A DNA stretch of 64,000 nt from Opitutales bacterium. GTDB lineage: Bacteria > Verrucomicrobiota > Verrucomicrobiia > Opitutales > JABSRG01. Positions within the stretch are counted from its first letter, which is position 1. Each line of letters opens with the position of its first letter. The stretch spans positions 229,562 to 293,561 of the forward strand of contig JBNPEH010000004.1 of assembly GCA_051117635.1 (NCBI GenBank). Direction: 5' to 3'. Under the pieces are notes generated by a model. The model was not told where the DNA came from. It worked only from the letters and a program-made list of their open reading frames with translations, and did not search any database. Position numbers and translations under genes: made by a program. Positions 1-9,040 of this stretch are shown here, piece after piece.

Positions 1-60
1 CGATGGCCAGGCCTACATTGACTGGCGGGTCCGTCTCAGCGCGTTGCAGTTCCCTGGCGG

Positions 61-310
61 CTAACCCGAACTTCTCACCAGAATCGGGAAACAGGGCGGT
101 AAAGGATTCCGGTCGATGGGCTTGCAGCATTTCTGTGAAATGCACGTTCGTGAGGTAGCCCTGTTTCCCGATTCTTTTCGCCCACATGCGCGATCTGCGG
201 CGTTGTCGGGCTGGAAACCGCTTGGACGAGCACCTCAGTGCACGCCCAACCGGTTTCGCCCTCCGCCTTGCAGCTCATCACATCTGGGCTTCATGAGAAG
301 TCCGGGCTAA
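61..310. mobile_element. MITE-like dispersed repeat, family 1, long copy (about 250 bp)
   Basis: The ends TA|ACCCGAACTTCTCACCAGAATCGGG... and ...CATGAGAAGTCCGGGC|TA are imperfect terminal inverted repeats flanked by TA. The same ends and internal blocks recur at 25454-25669 (opposite orientation), at 31629-31715, and partly at 20219-20426. Confidence 0.7.
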
Positions 311-421
311 TCGTTCCGCGCACCGCTCATCCGGCGTGCGGGTGGCGACGACGAAGCGCTGAAGCGCATCGCTCCCAGGTGGGGGCACCTTGCGACGCGA
401 TTGCCACCTCGCTCCGCCGTT

Positions 422-1099
422 TCAGGGCAGTTCCGGCCTGAGCGTTTCGGCCACCTGGGGCCACAAGGCGAGGGCACCGGCAACCAGCTGATCCAGTGGC
501 CCGCCGGGCGGCATGCTGAACACGGCGGATTCGGCAGTCAGGGTCAGCCGGAAGGGCGCGTCCGCCGGCTGAAGCGTCAGCTCCGAGGCATCCGGCGTGT
601 AATCAAGGCAAGGCCGTAACGTGGGCCGGTCCTCGATCCGGTCGATGGTGGCCTCCAGGTCCGGCTGTTGGGGCAGGGGCAGCACGAGGCAGGTGACCCG
701 ACCGGCCAGCACGGCCAGCAGCTCCGGTTGCCGGAAGCGCCCGGGATCGCACGACGTAGTGATGTAGGTCTGCAGGCGGTAGCTGCGTGGATCCTCCGGG
801 GCCTGATCGAGCGCGAGCGTAGCCGTAAGGTCCGGGGCGGAGACCTGCCCCAGCCCGTCCTCGCAGCTGAAGCCAAGTTCCCGGCGCTTCAGCCCGAGGG
901 CGTCCCGGAAATCCCGATACAGGGCATCCGTCCTTTCAGCGATCAGGGGGTGCCCGATGCGTCGGACGAAGGCGAGGGCGGCGTCATGAAAACCGTCGGG
1001 TTCGTGATGGCGACCGCCTTTCAGGAAGCCCGGCAGGCGTCGTACCCGCCCGATTTTCTCGCCCAGCAAACAGGGGCCGTTTGCCGGATCAGTCCTCAT
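422..1099 (-). CDS. hypothetical protein, translationally coupled to the upstream MYG1-family gene
   Basis: The internal ATG at 1099 (MRTDPANGP...) overlaps the stop of the 1089..1982 gene (ATGAGGACTGA). The longer start at 1264 would overlap that gene by 176 nt. I recognised no motif. Confidence 0.5.
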   Translation of the reverse strand: MRTDPANGPCLLGEKIGRVRRLPGFLKGGRHHEPDGFHDAALAFVRRIGHPLIAERTDALYRDFRDALGLKRRELGFSCEDGLGQVSAPDLTATLALDQAPEDPRSYRLQTYITTSCDPGRFRQPELLAVLAGRVTCLVLPLPQQPDLEATIDRIEDRPTLRPCLDYTPDASELTLQPADAPFRLTLTAESAVFSMPPGGPLDQLVAGALALWPQVAETLRPELP

Positions 1100-1982
1100 G
1101 GGGAGTGGCAGCCAGTGCTGCGGCGACCAGGGCCTGCAGCCGCTCAGGATCGGTGGCAGTGGTCTTGGCCACGAAGCCCTGTTTGTGTGCGAAGTGGACA
1201 TCGGGCTCATTCGCCACCCGGGTAAAATCGAGCGCGGGGTGATCCTGGTGGCGCGAGAGGCCATAACCGGGCCCCCGGCGGTCGGGATAGATCAGGCCGA
1301 CGACCTGTTCGGACAGGCCCGCGCGTTCGAGATAAAGCCCGATGCCGACGGATGGCTCGGGCGGCAGCGGGTCGGTCCGGGGCAGAAAGAGCACCGGGTG
1401 GACCCCCGCCTCGCTCTCGATGTCGATCACGGTGGCGTGCTCCGCAAGGAAGGCCAGCTTGGCGCGCAGCCCGTCGATGTAATCGAGCAGGTCTTCGCCG
1501 ATCATGGACAGCACGGCATGGATCGGTTCGCCGGGATCGATACGGGATTTCGCGGCGAACCGGCGCAGCAGCGTGACATCGATCGGCGAGTTGAGCTGGT
1601 TGACCGCCTCGCGCGGAATGCCGAGGTGTTCGGCGGTGGCTTTGGCGCCCCGGGAGTCGAACCACTCGGCGGGCTCGAGCCAGGCGCAGAAGGCTCTGGC
1701 GTCCGCGTAGACCCCCAACTGTTGCAGGACCAGGGAGAGCGAGCAGGTGGGCGGATGCTCCCGGGGAAACTGGTGGTGGTCGAAATTCGATTTTTCGGGT
1801 TCGTGGCGGTCCCCGATGTCGATCACGGCAACAGCGGGGTCTTCCAGGTCGGCATCGGTCGGCTCGCGCCGTTCGATCGGCACGGCCTGGTTTGCCAGGC
1901 AGACGGCGCAGGCCAGCAGCTCGTCCTTATGGGCGCCGCCGGGATGCGTGACGATGCGGGTCAGGGCATGGGCAAAGGGCAT
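1089..1982 (-). CDS. MYG1/UPF0160-family metal-dependent hydrolase
   Basis: 297 aa. N-terminal THPGGAHKDELLA and downstream DIGDRHEP...FDHHQF match the His/Asp-rich MYG1/UPF0160 signature. Confidence 0.75.
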   Translation of the reverse strand: MPFAHALTRIVTHPGGAHKDELLACAVCLANQAVPIERREPTDADLEDPAVAVIDIGDRHEPEKSNFDHHQFPREHPPTCSLSLVLQQLGVYADARAFCAWLEPAEWFDSRGAKATAEHLGIPREAVNQLNSPIDVTLLRRFAAKSRIDPGEPIHAVLSMIGEDLLDYIDGLRAKLAFLAEHATVIDIESEAGVHPVLFLPRTDPLPPEPSVGIGLYLERAGLSEQVVGLIYPDRRGPGYGLSRHQDHPALDFTRVANEPDVHFAHKQGFVAKTTATDPERLQALVAAALAATPHED

Positions 1983-2060
1983 GACCGGAGGCTAGGCGGG
2001 AAAACCGAGCCGGGTCGAGCCGGGTTGACCTTTTGCCCCGAATGGCCGAACCATTCTGGC

Positions 2061-2327
2061 ATGGCCGACAACCCGCAGGAAGCTGCTTTCGAACAATACA
2101 AGGAGGTCGAAAAGGAGGCCTTTACCATCGCCGACCAGTTGCTGGCGAAGTCCGCCAGGCTGGTGGATCTGGAGGTCGCGCTGGTGGCAGCGATTTTTAC
2201 CGCGCATCGGGTGCGTAACCCGGAGATGCCCGCCGGCCAGATCGCCTCGATCATCCAGGGCCACGCCGAACAGCTGGTGCCCTTTTTCAGCCAGTCGCCG
2301 GCTGGTGAAACGTCGCCGGAAACCTGA
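2061..2327 (+). CDS. small hypothetical protein (88 aa)
   Basis: ATG at 2061 (MADNPQEAAFEQYKEVEKE...) lies inside the long 1098..2327 ORF, whose upstream part is antisense to the MYG1 gene. It is divergent from that gene. No motif recognised. Confidence 0.45.
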   Translation: MADNPQEAAFEQYKEVEKEAFTIADQLLAKSARLVDLEVALVAAIFTAHRVRNPEMPAGQIASIIQGHAEQLVPFFSQSPAGETSPET

Positions 2328-2429
2328 TACGCGTTCAGGTTCCCCTTACACCGGCTGAAGCCGGTTCTCCGCGGCCCGGTCCCGGGCACAACGTGCGGTG
2401 GCAGCGGCCGGAGGCCCGGCTCCAGCCGG

Positions 2430-3260
2430 TTACTGGTAACGGCCTGGCTCCGCCGACCGGTGCTGGAAGTGGAGGTGCCGGCCGCTGCCGCGTGGGTGGT
2501 CCCAGACACAGCGGTAGCCGTGCCCCTTCAGGAAAGCCTCGATGGGCGTGCCGTCCGGCATCGCGTCCCGGCCACCCTTGTCGTGGATTTCCATGATCAG
2601 ATCGCGGGGCGGTTTCTCCGCGAACACGGTATCAAAGCCGGCGAGGACCTCGCCCTCCGCGCCCTCGACGTCGATCTTCATGAGGTTGGGCCAGGTGTTG
2701 GTTTCGCGGCAGTAGGCTGCGCCGGTGGTCAATTCGACCTCGACCTCGCCGCTGGAGCCCTCCGCCGCCACCAGGGAGTGGCGGCCCTCACCGGCAGTCC
2801 CGCGGACAAACAGGGCGGCCTTGCCGGGCTGGGCGGACAGGGCCTGGCGGCAGGCCCGCATACGGTCGGAAAGCCCGTTCAAAGCGATATTGCGCTCCAG
2901 TTGGGCGACATTGCGGGGCTCGGGTTCGAAGGCCACATAGCGACAGGTCTGTCCCCGGGGGTGGGTAGCCAGCAGCAGGCTGATCATGCCGATATTGGCC
3001 CCGACATCGAAGACGGTGTCATCGGGTTCGAGGAGGTGGGTGATCCGGTTGACCAGATGCGCCTCCATGTGAAAGTCGCCCGCCCGCTTCAGTTCACGAC
3101 GGGTCGTGATGGACAGGCGCAGCCGGCTTTCACCGAGGGTCAGGTCGATCTCCCGTTTGGCGTGAAACAGGCAGTTGCGGAGATACTGCCAGCGCAGGCC
3201 GGCCCGCAGACGCGCCTTTTGCCAGAAGGTCATGGGTGAATCGATTGCTGGGGAAGCCAT
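2430..3260 (-). CDS. FkbM-family methyltransferase
   Basis: VFDVGANIGMISLLLA is a SAM-binding Gly-rich motif. LMKIDVEGAEGEVLAG is the typical FkbM-family block. Confidence 0.85.
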   Translation of the reverse strand: MASPAIDSPMTFWQKARLRAGLRWQYLRNCLFHAKREIDLTLGESRLRLSITTRRELKRAGDFHMEAHLVNRITHLLEPDDTVFDVGANIGMISLLLATHPRGQTCRYVAFEPEPRNVAQLERNIALNGLSDRMRACRQALSAQPGKAALFVRGTAGEGRHSLVAAEGSSGEVEVELTTGAAYCRETNTWPNLMKIDVEGAEGEVLAGFDTVFAEKPPRDLIMEIHDKGGRDAMPDGTPIEAFLKGHGYRCVWDHPRGSGRHLHFQHRSAEPGRYQ

Positions 3261-3263
3261 GGG

Positions 3264-4208
3264 TCATTGGGAGTTGTCGGGAGTTCGTTCCTGCCGGATA
3301 TACCGATGCTGAAACCGGCGAATGGCCATGCGGATTTTGCGCGCCAAACCGCTTTGGTGATAGCGGCCTTTGCTGGCGTGGCGGATTCTGAAAATGCCGG
3401 GGACGTCGATGGCCGTCCCCTGGGTGCCGATCAACCAGCGAAACGTGCGGTCTTCGAAGGTTTTTTGCCAATGCGTCACCGGTCGCTGGTAAAAGCCGAT
3501 GGCATCGCAGTAACCATAGGTCCGTGCCAGGTCCCCGTGCATGATCTGCAACGGTCCGATAGCCTTGTCGTGGCACAGGGGATCAAAGGCCCCGGTGTCG
3601 ACCGGCCAGAGTGCTTGCGCCGCGTCGCCCCGGGTACGGGTCAATAGCGCGGCATCGTCTCCCAGGATGGGAGAGACCCGTTCCTCGCGGGGAAAAACCA
3701 GCGGATCGCTCCGCCCGGTCAGGGCGTCGCCGAGGGCATCCAGTGCGCCTTCGCCGAAAAACAGGTCACAGTCGGTGAACCAGACCCAGTCTGCCCGGGT
3801 CGACAGCGCCACCCGGTTCCGACCGATCGACCGTCGCATCAGCTCCTTCCTCGGCATGGGCAGCCAATGCCAGGCGACACCCGGAACGCATTGGCCCCCG
3901 AACCAGTCGAGCAGCGCAGCCGTATCCGGATCTTCCGGACAGTAGCAGACCGTCATCCGTATCCGGTGGTGTCGTGGGGGATGGTTGACCAGGCTGCTCA
4001 GTTGATAGGTCAGGAGGTGGCTGTAGCGCCAGCAATGGCTGACGATCTCAATGGTGAGGGGAGGCTTGGCTGCCCTCAGCTCGGGACAGGGTGGCAAGCC
4101 CCGCACGATGACCGCCGGCGGAAGCGGGCTGCTCGCTATCAGGCGCCAGCCGGTTTCACGGAGGCCGCGCAGGGCGGGACCCGGCTGATGAAGGGGCTGT
4201 TCAGCCAT
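3264..4208 (-). CDS. putative glycosyltransferase (GT-A-like)
   Basis: 314 aa, ending 4 nt upstream of the FkbM methyltransferase start. It has a DxD-like FTDCDLFF motif and a Rossmann-like IEIVSHCW start. Family assignment is tentative. Confidence 0.45.
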   Translation of the reverse strand: MAEQPLHQPGPALRGLRETGWRLIASSPLPPAVIVRGLPPCPELRAAKPPLTIEIVSHCWRYSHLLTYQLSSLVNHPPRHHRIRMTVCYCPEDPDTAALLDWFGGQCVPGVAWHWLPMPRKELMRRSIGRNRVALSTRADWVWFTDCDLFFGEGALDALGDALTGRSDPLVFPREERVSPILGDDAALLTRTRGDAAQALWPVDTGAFDPLCHDKAIGPLQIMHGDLARTYGYCDAIGFYQRPVTHWQKTFEDRTFRWLIGTQGTAIDVPGIFRIRHASKGRYHQSGLARKIRMAIRRFQHRYIRQERTPDNSQ

Positions 4209-4290
4209 GGTTTAACGTGGGCTGAGGAGCGCCGATTTCCATAAGCCCGACTCTCGGCTTACCTGCGGACCGGGTCAACGGCGGCGATGA

Positions 4291-5337
4291 TCAGTCCGGC
4301 GGTCCGTCTGCGGCCAGGCGAAACCCGGTATGGCTGCTGCCGGTGTCGGGGGGCAGGCCGCGGCGGGCCTCCGGTCGGTAGCTTTCACAGTAGGAGACAT
4401 GGCAGAGAAAAGAACCGCCTTTGATGACATGCCTGCGTTGGCCCGGCACATCGGGGGGCGAGGGGTCGCCGCGGACGGGCCGAACCGGTTGGGACAGATC
4501 CGGGCCCTTGGGATTGCGGCAGATTTCCGTCGCGCCGGCACGTTGCAGGTAAGTGTCGGCCCGGTAAATGTCGCTGCACCAGTTCCACACGTTACCCGCC
4601 ATGTCGAAGAGGCCGTATCCGTTAGGCGGGTACGAAGCCACCGGTGAGGTGCCGGCATAACCGTCTCGGGCCGTATTCTGGAAGGGAAAGGTCCCCTGGA
4701 AGGTGTTCGCCCGGGGAGAGGGACTGGAGGCCGGGTTCTGGTCGCCCCAATAATACCGGGTGTCGTGGTTGCCCCCGTGGGCAGCAAATTCCCATTCCGC
4801 CTCGGTCGGTAATCTGAGGCCGGCCCAGTCCGCATAGGCCTGCGCATCGTAAAAGGAGACATGGACGACCGGATGATCCCACCGGTCCTCGATGTCACTG
4901 CCTGGTCCTTCCGGATGTCGCCAGGAAGCGCCGGGTACCCAGGACCACCAGTTGGCCATGTTGTCGAGGGGGACGGGCCCCTCGGGCGGGGTGAACACCA
5001 GGGATCCCGGGGCCAGCAGGGTATCGGGCGGTTTGGGCGTGCCCGGCGGCATTTGCTGTTTCATAACCGCCCAGTCGATGGGTTGTTCGGCCGTGGTGAC
5101 ATAGCCGGTTGCATCGACGAAAGCGGCGAACTGCCGGTTGGTCACCGGATGACGCTGAAGAAAAAAGCTGTCTACCCTCACCCGGTGAGGGGGGCTCTCG
5201 TTTGGAAGAGCCCCCGGCGCGCGGGTTCCCATCCTGAAGGTACCGCCTTCGATCCAGACCAGGTCTGTGTCGGCTTCTGTCGGCAAAGGGAAACCGGCCA
5301 GGAGCAGACTGATCAGGGCAAGGGACACGAAATGCAT
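4291..5337 (-). CDS. formylglycine-generating enzyme (SUMF1/FGE-sulfatase family), secreted
   Basis: The start at 5337 gives the signal peptide MHFVSLALISLLLAGFPLPTEA. Family motifs are GGTFRMG, HPVTNRQFAAFVDATGY, GNVWNWCSD, IKGGSFLC and HTGFRLA. Confidence 0.9.
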   Translation of the reverse strand: MHFVSLALISLLLAGFPLPTEADTDLVWIEGGTFRMGTRAPGALPNESPPHRVRVDSFFLQRHPVTNRQFAAFVDATGYVTTAEQPIDWAVMKQQMPPGTPKPPDTLLAPGSLVFTPPEGPVPLDNMANWWSWVPGASWRHPEGPGSDIEDRWDHPVVHVSFYDAQAYADWAGLRLPTEAEWEFAAHGGNHDTRYYWGDQNPASSPSPRANTFQGTFPFQNTARDGYAGTSPVASYPPNGYGLFDMAGNVWNWCSDIYRADTYLQRAGATEICRNPKGPDLSQPVRPVRGDPSPPDVPGQRRHVIKGGSFLCHVSYCESYRPEARRGLPPDTGSSHTGFRLAADGPPD

Positions 5338-5351
5338 GCGTGGAAGGACAC

Positions 5352-5385
5352 AAAAAAAGCCGCGGTTGTTCAACCGCGGCTTTTT
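5352..5385 (-). terminator. rho-independent terminator of the fasciclin gene
   Basis: On the minus strand: GCCGCGGTTGAACAACCGCGGC hairpin followed by TTTTTTT, 23 nt after the stop at 5408. Confidence 0.8.
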
Positions 5386-5407
5386 GGGGAAAAGGAAAGA
5401 CAGGTCC

Positions 5408-5929
5408 TCAGGGCAGGAGTACGGTGTCGATAACGTGGACAACACCGTTCTTCGCCTTGAGGTCGGTGGCAGTCACCTTGGCGTCGCCGACTTTGACGGT
5501 GCCGTAATCGACGGAGACCGGCAGCATGCTGCCGTTGACGGTCGGTACATTGCCGGGTTCCACGGCGGAGGCAGGCACGTTGGCGGGGACGACATGGTAG
5601 GTCAGGATGGAAACCAGCTGATCCTTGTTCTCGGGCTTGAGCAGCATGTCGAGGGTACCGTCAGGCAGCTTGGCAAAGGCTTCATCGGTCGGAGCAAAGA
5701 TGGTGAAGGGGCCTTCGCCGGAGAGCGTTTCGACCAGGCCGGCAGCCTTGACGGCGGCGACGAGCGTGGTGTGGTCCGGGCTGGCAACGGCGACATCGAC
5801 GACCGTGTCAGCCTTCATGGCGTCTTTGGCCATGGCCTTGCCGTCTTTGTCCATGTGCCCGTGATGGGCGCCGACGAGGGCGGCCGCCGACATGAGCAGG
5901 AAGGTGAGTTGTTTGAGAGAGGTTTTCAT
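5408..5929 (-). CDS. fasciclin (FAS1) domain protein, secreted
   Basis: Signal peptide MKTSLKQLTFLLMSAAALVGA. FAS1 motifs are TIFAPTDEAFAKLP, LTYHVV and VHVIDTVLLP. Confidence 0.9.
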   Translation of the reverse strand: MKTSLKQLTFLLMSAAALVGAHHGHMDKDGKAMAKDAMKADTVVDVAVASPDHTTLVAAVKAAGLVETLSGEGPFTIFAPTDEAFAKLPDGTLDMLLKPENKDQLVSILTYHVVPANVPASAVEPGNVPTVNGSMLPVSVDYGTVKVGDAKVTATDLKAKNGVVHVIDTVLLP

Positions 5930-6039
5930 GATTTGCCTTGGGTTGGGATTGGGTACGGGCTTTCACCCAACGCCAAAGCACCGATCACTCAACGGCGGCA
6001 ACCGGTCCTTAGCAGCGCTTAAGGCCGATTAATCCAAGC

Positions 6040-6166
6040 TGCTAACTGACACCCGCTCTTGACGCCGGCTCTTCGGCCGTCGCCCAAATGGCTATGGCAG
6101 ACAGGTCGGCCGGCGATACGCGAAAAAGCTGTCGATTTTTCGCCTAACCGGCTTTTCAAACACGCC
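6040..6166. repeat. dispersed repeat family 2 copy (reverse orientation)
   Basis: The reverse complement reads GGCGTGTTTGAAAAGCC...CGCGTATCGCCGGCCGACCTGTCTGCCATAGCCATTTGGGCGACGGCCGAAGAGCC. This is closely similar to 25671-25775 and 53259-53335. It abuts the stop codon of the SDR gene. The left boundary is approximate. Confidence 0.6.
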
Positions 6167-6940
6167 TTAGAGCGAACACAGCAACCCGCCGTCCACCGTG
6201 ATGATCTGGCCGTTGACGAAGGTGGAAGCCTCCCCGGCCAGGAAGACCGCTGCGCCGACCAGTTCCCCGGTCTTTCCCCAGCGGCCGGCTGGGGTGCGTC
6301 GGCAGATCATGGCGTTGAAATCGGGGTCACGGACCAGTTTGTCGGTCAGTGCGGTGTGGAGGTAACCCGGCGCGATGCCGTTGATCTGGATGTTGTGTTG
6401 CGCCCATTCGACGGTCATGGCGCGGGTGAGCATCTTGAGGCCGCCCTTGGCTGCGGCGTAATTGGCCGTGGTCGGTCGCCCGATTTCGGACTGCAGCGAG
6501 CAGATGTTGATGATCTTGCCGGCCTTGCGGGCAATCATGCCCCGGACGACCGACCGTGAAATCACGAAGGCGGTGGTCAGGTTGTGATCGATCACCGTGC
6601 GCCAGGTGGCGAGGTCCATGTCCTCCAGCGGGGCACGGCGATGGATGCCTGCGTTGTTGATCAGGATGTCGATCCCCCCCTGCGCTTCCTCAACGGCAGG
6701 CATCGCTTCGAGGACCGCCGCCTCGTCGGTGCAGTCGAAACAGGCGTCCACCGCCTGGTTGCCGTCCGCCTCGATGGCCGAAACCGTTTCAGCGATCCGA
6801 TCCGCGTGGCGGTCGTTCACGACGACGCGGGCTCCCGCCGAAGCGAGGCCCCGGGCCAGCGTGGCCCCGATGCCGCGCCCGGCGCCGGTGATGAAGGCCG
6901 TCTTTCCCGACAGGTCGAAGAGGGTAGGGGCAGGCGTCAT
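6167..6940 (-). CDS. SDR-family oxidoreductase (gluconate 5-dehydrogenase/KduD-like)
   Basis: TGAGRGIG dinucleotide motif, NNAG, and a YAAAKGG catalytic Tyr-x3-Lys. 257 aa. Confidence 0.9.
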   Translation of the reverse strand: MTPAPTLFDLSGKTAFITGAGRGIGATLARGLASAGARVVVNDRHADRIAETVSAIEADGNQAVDACFDCTDEAAVLEAMPAVEEAQGGIDILINNAGIHRRAPLEDMDLATWRTVIDHNLTTAFVISRSVVRGMIARKAGKIINICSLQSEIGRPTTANYAAAKGGLKMLTRAMTVEWAQHNIQINGIAPGYLHTALTDKLVRDPDFNAMICRRTPAGRWGKTGELVGAAVFLAGEASTFVNGQIITVDGGLLCSL

Positions 6941-7024
6941 TCCGGAGCCCTAACCGGGATCGGCCATCAGCTGAATCAAAATTTCCCCGTGCAATCGGAG
7001 TTGTTTTGCGGGAAGGTCCTTATC

Positions 7025-7951
7025 ATGAACCTTATCGGACTACTCGACGGAGGCATGGGTCAGGAACTGCAGAAACGCTCCCATGTGCCCGCCCACCCGC
7101 TCTGGTCAGTGGCGGTTATGCGGACCGATCCTGACAGCGTACGCGATGCCCACGCCGCCTTCATCCGCGCCGGCGCCCGGATGCTGACCCTGAACACCTA
7201 CGCGGCGACGCCCCAGCGGCTGAGCCGGGACGGTGATCCCGGTTGGCTGGAGGACCTGCATGCCACCGCCAGCCGGTTGGCCCGGGAGGCCCGCGAGGCC
7301 ACCGGGGAGCCGCACGGACCGGTCGACCTGCTGGGGTGCCTGCCCCCGCCAGGCGGCAGCTACACGCCTGAAACCGTGCCGTCGGCCGGGGACTGTCTCG
7401 CCACCTATCGGGAACTCGTTGCCTTGCAGGCGGATGCGGTCGACGGCTTTCTGGCCGAGACCCTCGGCACGATTCGGGAAGCCGAGGCTGCCGCGGAAGC
7501 GGCGCTCCCCACCGGCAAACCGGTCCTGATCAGCTTCAGCCTGTCCGACGACAGCCCCGAATGCCTGCGCTCGGGGGAGCGCCTGGCCGACGCGGTGGCA
7601 GCTCTCCGCTCCTATCCCATTCAGGGTCTGCTCCTGAACTGTTCGCGGCCGGAAACCATCGGGCAGGGCCTGCCCGCGCTGGCCGAATCGGGTTACGCCT
7701 TCGGCGCCTACGCCAACGGCTTCGAATCGGTGGATGCCTTGAAACCCGGTGGAACCGTCGACGCGCTGACTGCCCGGGTCGATCTCGATCCTGAGGCCTA
7801 TGGAGCTATTGCGCTGTCCTGGGTGCAGGACGGTGCCACCTGGGTCGGCGGCTGCTGCGAAGTCGGGCCGGATCACATCGAGCGGCTGGCCGCGCTGCTG
7901 CGTGCCAACGGCTGCGAACCCGCCGGCCTCGGCGTCAGTCGTCCAGACTGA
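7025..7951 (+). CDS. homocysteine S-methyltransferase family protein
   Basis: ATG at 7025 (MNLIGLLDGGMGQELQKR...). C-terminal zinc-ligand block GGCCEVGPDHI. The upstream part of ORF 6584..7951 is antisense to the SDR gene. Confidence 0.8.
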   Translation: MNLIGLLDGGMGQELQKRSHVPAHPLWSVAVMRTDPDSVRDAHAAFIRAGARMLTLNTYAATPQRLSRDGDPGWLEDLHATASRLAREAREATGEPHGPVDLLGCLPPPGGSYTPETVPSAGDCLATYRELVALQADAVDGFLAETLGTIREAEAAAEAALPTGKPVLISFSLSDDSPECLRSGERLADAVAALRSYPIQGLLLNCSRPETIGQGLPALAESGYAFGAYANGFESVDALKPGGTVDALTARVDLDPEAYGAIALSWVQDGATWVGGCCEVGPDHIERLAALLRANGCEPAGLGVSRPD

Positions 7952-8960
7952 CCATCGCCTTGATGCAACCGGCCGCCGGTGCCAGCCAGCCCGGAAAGGC
8001 CGCGGGTACCTCGGCCAGCGCGGCCCGGTGGGTAATCCAGGGTTCGGTGGCGATGGCTCCGGAGCGAAGGGCATCGATGATCTCGCGAAAGTCGTCGGCC
8101 GTGCTGTTGCGCGAGGCCAGGAGGCTGATTTCCCGGCGGTGGAACTCGGGCCCGTCGTAGGTCACGGCGCCGTCGAAGATGCCGATCGACACGACGCTGC
8201 CGCCGTTGCCCGGCAGCGCGATGGCGGTTTCGACCGACCGCCGGTTGCCCGTGGCGTCGAACACCAGCCAGGGCCGCTCGCTTTCCCGCGCGTCCCAGGT
8301 CGCGGCCAGCCCCTGGTCCGGATCAAAGGCGAGGGTATCGAGGCCCTCGAACAGCGTGCGGGCCTGACCGCAACGATCCGCGTTCAGGTCGACCCCGACG
8401 ACCCGGGCTCCTTTCAGCCGGGCGAACTGAACCGCGGTCAGGCCGATCGGCCCGAGGCCGATCACCGCGACGGTATCGCCCGCCCGGGTACCGGCCCGGT
8501 CGACCGCGTGTTTACCGATGCCGAGCATCTCGACCAGCGCGAGCTGGTCCAGCCCCAGGTCATGGGCCGGATGGAGCTTGCCGGCGGGCAGGACGACGGC
8601 CTCACGGAGGCCGCCGTCGCAGTGGACGCCGAAGCACTGCAGGTGCGAGCAGCAGTTGGTGCGGCCGGCCCGGCAGGGTGGGCAGTGGCCGCAGGTGAGG
8701 TAGGGTTCCACCGCGGCCGCATCGCCGGGCTTCAGGTGAGGCACCCCGTCGCCGACTGCCTCGATGGTGACCGCGAGTTCATGGCCCGGCACCCGGGGAT
8801 AGCGGATAAAGGGCAGCCGACCGAGGTAGGCACTGATATCGGTACCGCAGATCCCGCAGCGCCGGATCCGCACGCGGGCCTCACCGGGCCCTGGATCGCC
8901 CGGGTCGTCCAGCCGGGTCAGCGCGAGGTCGCGGGGGCCGTTCAGGATCAAGCCATTCAT
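7935..8960 (-). CDS. zinc-dependent medium-chain alcohol/polyol dehydrogenase
   Basis: GICGTDIS, GHELAV and the structural-zinc block CGHCPPCRAGRTNCC, plus a GLGPIGL NAD-binding motif. Confidence 0.9.
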   Translation of the reverse strand: MNGLILNGPRDLALTRLDDPGDPGPGEARVRIRRCGICGTDISAYLGRLPFIRYPRVPGHELAVTIEAVGDGVPHLKPGDAAAVEPYLTCGHCPPCRAGRTNCCSHLQCFGVHCDGGLREAVVLPAGKLHPAHDLGLDQLALVEMLGIGKHAVDRAGTRAGDTVAVIGLGPIGLTAVQFARLKGARVVGVDLNADRCGQARTLFEGLDTLAFDPDQGLAATWDARESERPWLVFDATGNRRSVETAIALPGNGGSVVSIGIFDGAVTYDGPEFHRREISLLASRNSTADDFREIIDALRSGAIATEPWITHRAALAEVPAAFPGWLAPAAGCIKAMVSLDD

Positions 8961-9040
8961 GGAAAAGGAAGGGTGGAGGTTTGCAGCAGAAAAAAAGCTT
9001 CGACAAGGTTCGGCCAGTTTCTTGCCGCTGTCTGTCGCAA

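Noticed and set aside
75-310. Short ORFs inside the repeat elements (75..281, 116..310, 20223..20423, 25464..25958, 25666..25869, 53298..53504).
   Set aside because: They coincide with dispersed non-coding repeats. Conservation between copies is at the nucleotide level with frame-breaking indels.
1098-2327. Long N-terminal extensions in track ORFs 1098..2327, 6584..7951, 12554..13972, 10023..11579 and 53951..56002.
   Set aside because: The extensions run antisense through neighbouring genes or through repeats. Internal ATG starts give proteins of the expected family length with sensible N-termini.
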